A DNA stretch of 64,000 bases from Somniosus microcephalus (Eukaryota): positions 185,814,001-185,878,000 of the forward strand of contig CM126214.1 of assembly GCA_052327205.1 (NCBI GenBank), written 5' to 3'. Positions 59,648 to 64,000 of this stretch are shown here, one piece after another (within the stretch, counting starts at the first letter, position 1; the number at the start of each line of letters is the position of its first letter). Under the pieces are notes generated by a model, which saw nothing but the letters and a program-made list of their open reading frames with translations, was not told the origin of the DNA and searched no databases. A program made the position numbers and the translations under genes.

Positions 59648-62600
59648 TCATCATAGAATCATAGAAAGTTACAGCGCGGAAGGAGGCTATTTCGGCCCAT
59701 CGTGTCCGCGCCGGCCAACAAAGAGCTATCCAGCCTAATCCCACTCCCCAGCTCTCGGTCCGTAGCCCTGCAGGTTAGAGCATCTGACGTGCACATCCAA
59801 GTACTTTTTAAATGTGGTTAGGGTTCCTGCCTCTACCACCCTTTCAGGCAGTGAGTTCCAGACCCCCACAACCTTCTGGGTGAAGAAATTTCCCCTCAAA
59901 TCCCCTCTAAACCTTCCCCCAATTACTTTAAATCTGTGCCCCCGGTTTTTGACCCCTCTGCTAAGGGAAATAGGTCCTTTCTATCCACTTTATCTATGCC
60001 CCTCATAATTTTATACACCTCAATAAGGTCTCCCCTCAGCCTCCTCTGTTCCAAGGAAAACAGACCCAGCCTATCCAGTCTTTCCTCATAGCTAAGATTC
60101 TCTACTCCCGGCAACATCCTTGTAAATCTCCTCTGTACCCTCTCTAGTGCAATCACATCTTTCCTGTAATGTGGTGACCAGAACTGCACTCAGTACTCTA
60201 GCTGAGGCCTAACTAGTGTTTTATACAGTTGAAGCATAACCCCCCTGCTCTTGTATTCTAAGCCACGGCTAATAAAGGCAAGCATTCCGTATGCCTTCTT
60301 AACCACCTTATCTACCTGGCCTGCTACCTTCAGGGATCTGTGGACATGCACGCCAAGGTCCCTTTGTTCCTCTACACTACTCAGTGTCCTACCATTTAAT
60401 ATGTATTCCCTTTCCTTGTTAGCCCTCCCCAAATGCATTACCTCACACTTCTCTGGATTGAATTCCCATTTGCCACTGTTCTGCCCACCTGATGAATTTA
60501 TTGATATCTTCCTGCAGTCTACAGCTTCCTTCTTCAGTATCAACCACACAGCCGATTTTAGTATCGTCTGCAAACTTCTTAATCATAGCCCCTATATTCA
60601 AGTCTAGATCATTGATATATACCACAAAAAGCAAGGGACCTAGTACTGAGCCCTGCGGAACCCCACTGGAAACAGCCTTCCAGTCACAAAAACACCCATC
60701 AACCATTACCCTCTGCTTCCTCTCTCCGAGCCAGTTTTGAATCCAACTGGACACTTTGCCCTGGATCCCATGGGCTTTTAACTTCGTGACCAGTCTGCCA
60801 TGTGGAACCTTATCAAAAGCCTTGCTAAAGTCCATATAAACTACATCAAACGTATTACCCTCATCTACCCTCCTTGTTACCTCCTCAAAAAATTCAATCA
60901 AGTTTGTCAGACACGACCTTCCCTTAACAAATCCGTGCTGACTATCCTTGATTAATCTATGTCTTTCTAAATGAAGATTTATCCTGTCCTTCAGAATTCT
61001 TTCCAATAATTTTCCCACCACCGAGGTTAGGCTGACTGGCCTGTAATTACTCGGTCTATCCTTTTCTCCCTTTTTAAACAAGGGTACCACATTAGCAGTC
61101 CTCCGGCACCACACCTGAAGCCAGAGAGGATTGAAAAATGATGGTCAGGGCCTCTGCTATTTCCTCTTTTGCTTCGCTTAACAGCCTGGGATACATTTCA
61201 TCCGGGCCTGGGGATTTATCCACTTTTAAAACTGCTAAACCCCTTAATACTTCCTCTCTCACTATGTTTATTTCATCTAATATTTCACACTCCTCCGCCC
61301 CCCCCGCCCCCCCCCCCCCCGATAGCAATGTCTGCTTCGAACCTCTCCTTTGTGAAAACAGACGCAAAGTATTCATTAAGAACCCTACCGACATCTCCTG
61401 CCTCCACACACAGATTACCCTCATGGTCTCTAATAGGCCCTACCCTTTCTTTCGTTATCCTCTTACTCTTAATATATTTATAAAACATCTTTGGGTTTTC
61501 CTTGATTCTACTTGCCAAGAATTTTTCATGCTCTCTCTTTCCTTTCCTAATATCCTTTTTAATTGCTTCCCCTGCACTTTCTGTACTCCTCTAAAGATTC
61601 TGGAGTGTTTAGCCCTCGGTATCTGTCAGACGCCTCCCTTTTTTTTCTTTATCCTACCCTGTATGTCCCTAGACATCCAGGGGGCTCTAGATTTGTTAGT
61701 CCCACCTTTTTTCTGCCTCCCACTGCTCTGACACTGATTTACCTTCAAGTAGCTGTTTCCAGTCCACTTTGGCTAAATCCACTCTAAGCTTAGCAAAATT
61801 TGCTTTTCCCCAATTTAGAATTTTTATTCCTGGTCTATCCTTGTCCTTTTCCATAACTACCTTAAATCTAACAGAATTATGGTCACTAGCACCAAAATGC
61901 TCCCCCACTGAGACGCCTTCTACCTGCCCAGCTTCATTCCCTAAAACTAAGTCCAGAACCGCCCCCTCCCTTGTTGGGCTTGCTACGTACTGGCTAAAAA
62001 AGTTCTCCTGGATGCATTTTAGGAATTTTGCACCCTCTATACCCTTCACACTAATTTTATCCCAGTTAATATTGGGGTAGTTGAAATCCCCTATTATTAC
62101 TGCCCTATAGTTTTTGCACTTCTCAGAAATTTGTCTACATATTTGTTTTTCTATCTCCCTCTCATTGTTTGGGGGTCTGTAGTACACTCCCAGCAATGTG
62201 ATCACCCCTTTTTTGTTTTTCAATTTGACCCATATGTCCTCGTTTGATGATCCCTCCAACATATCATCCCTCCTCACAGCTGTAATCGTTTCTTTAATCA
62301 ATACCACGAACCCCCCTCCCTTTTTACCTCCCTCTCTATCCCGTTTGAAAATCCGGTAACCAGGAATGTTGAGCTGCCATACCTGCCCCTCTTTCAGCCA
62401 TGTCTCTGTAATAGCTATAATATCATAGTCCCAAGTATCTACCTGTGCCCTCAGCTCATCTGCCTTGTTCGCTATACTCCTTGCATTGAAGTATAGACCA
62501 TTTAGTACAGGCAAACCTCCTTGTTGACTACTATCTAGCCCTTGATTCCTCTGTCCTTCCAACTTACTTTCTACATTTTTGTTTTCCAATTCCAGTTTTT

Positions 62601-63256
62601 CTTCCCTCCCTATTGACTCTATACTTAGGTTCCCCTCCCCCTGCCAAGCTAGTTTAAACCCTCCCCAACAGCACTAGCAAACCCTCCCGCGAGGATATTG
62701 GTCCCGTTCCCATTGAGGTGCAACCCGTCTGGCTTGCAGAGGTCCCACCTCCCCCAGAAACAGTTCCAATTCCTCAGAAATCTAAAGCCCTCCCTCCTAC
62801 ACCATCTCTCCAGCCACGCATTCATCTGCTCTATCTTCCTATTTCTGTACTCACTAGCACGTAGTACTGGTAGTAATCCGAAGATTACTACCTTTGAGGT
62901 CCTGCTTTTTAACCTCTTTCCTAGCTCCCCAAACTCTGCCTGCAGGACCTCATCCCTCTTCCTACCTATGTTGTTGGTACTGAAATGGACCACGACCTAT
63001 GGCTGTTCACCCTCCCCCCTCAGAATGCCCTGCAGCCATTCAGTGACATCCTTGACCCTGGAACCAGGGAGGCAACATTCCATCCTGGAGTCACGTCTGC
63101 GGCTGCAGAAACGCCTGTCTCCTCCCCTAACTATTGAATCCCCTATCACTATTGCTCTCCCTCTCCTCTTCGCCCCCGCCTGTGCAGCTGAGCCTTCCAT
63201 GGTGCTGTGGACTTGGCTCTGGCTGCACTCCCCAGAGGAACCATCGCCCTCACCAT
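59648..63256 (-). mobile_element. Long decayed CR1 LINE (ORF1 esterase part plus ORF2)
   Basis: GDSIVRG..CCLPG esterase; APE ORF 61696-62589; RT fragments; (ATGATTCT) tail; frameshifts and an internal deletion near 61710. Confidence 0.93.
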
Positions 63257-63506
63257 ATGTAATTTTGTCACCGGATTGCTGAGATGCCCCCTCTCTCCGA
63301 CTCCCACCTCCAGCTGCTCAGCGACTCCAGCTCTTTCTAAAGCAGCTGTTGCAAGGTTTGCAAATGATGGAGGGCCACCACTGGTTCTCCCCCTCTCCCT
63401 CTTATTGTGGGCTCTCTTTTCCTGCAAGGAGGGAAAGAAGAGAAGGTTGAGTGAGAGTGATGGAATGACTGTAAGGAATGGATGGGTTAGATCTTTAGAG
63501 GGAGAC

Positions 63507-64000
63507 TGAAGGGGTTAAAAGTTAGATTAGTGGCTTAACTGACGAGCTGGCTGATGTAATAAAGGAGAAGTCTGGCAGAACAAAGACAGTTGGAAAAAGC
63601 ATATTACACGATGATTGGGGGAGTGAAAGAAAGCAAGGAGGCCATACATTGAACAATGGGCTGCCAATGTGATTTGCGAAGATGTGGTTAAGTGTACGAA
63701 ATTGGATAAGAGCTAAAGAGTAAAACAATGGCAGATTTGGAAACAGGGCAAATGAGATAAACAAGATGTGTTTTGTGGAGATGTGATTAAGTGTACGTGA
63801 CTTGGACAATTAATTGGCCAAGTCCCGAGGATGTGAAGGAAACAAATGTAAGTTGTATATAAGCCAACTGCTCGAATGTAAAAATTAGACTCCCCTCTCA
63901 GTTCAGACTGAGAGGGCCTCTCCCTGCACGTGCATGAATAAAGATCGCTTGGAACCAGTACACGCTCGTCCCCGTCTGCTTTGGGGCAGAGAAAAATCCC
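63507..64000 (+). mobile_element. Probable LTR running off the window
   Basis: Purine tract AGAGGGAGA then TG at 63507; TATATAA ~63856; hairpin CCTCTCAGT/ACTGAGAGG; AATAAA ~63937. Confidence 0.5.

Overview
This is vertebrate-type eukaryotic genomic DNA, almost entirely transposable elements, and I recognise no host gene. The repeat mix (CR1 LINEs, L2 fragments, Deu-domain tRNA-SINEs, Penelope-like element) points to a cartilaginous fish such as a shark; that is an inference. The main structure is two young, equal-length (4418 bp), near-identical PIF/Harbinger DNA transposons in inverted orientation (2462-6879 and 7406-11823), 526 bp apart, forming a ~9.4 kb quasi-palindrome. Each encodes an uninterrupted HARBI1-like DDE transposase ORF and a convergent, predicted 3-exon Myb/SANT-like gene; copy 1 has Asn in place of the first catalytic Asp. 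Also present: an older internally deleted Harbinger with the same exon structure (25912-28749); several Harbinger-type and hAT-type MITEs; a full-length but frameshifted Gypsy LTR retrotransposon (41284-47252) with a nested solo LTR; two near-full-length decayed CR1s; a four-level retroposon nest; and a Penelope fragment with a minimal hammerhead-like motif. TIR, TSD, LTR and splice coordinates were read directly from the sequence. Boundaries of old SINE/LINE fragments are approximate, and family names come from recall, not database searches.
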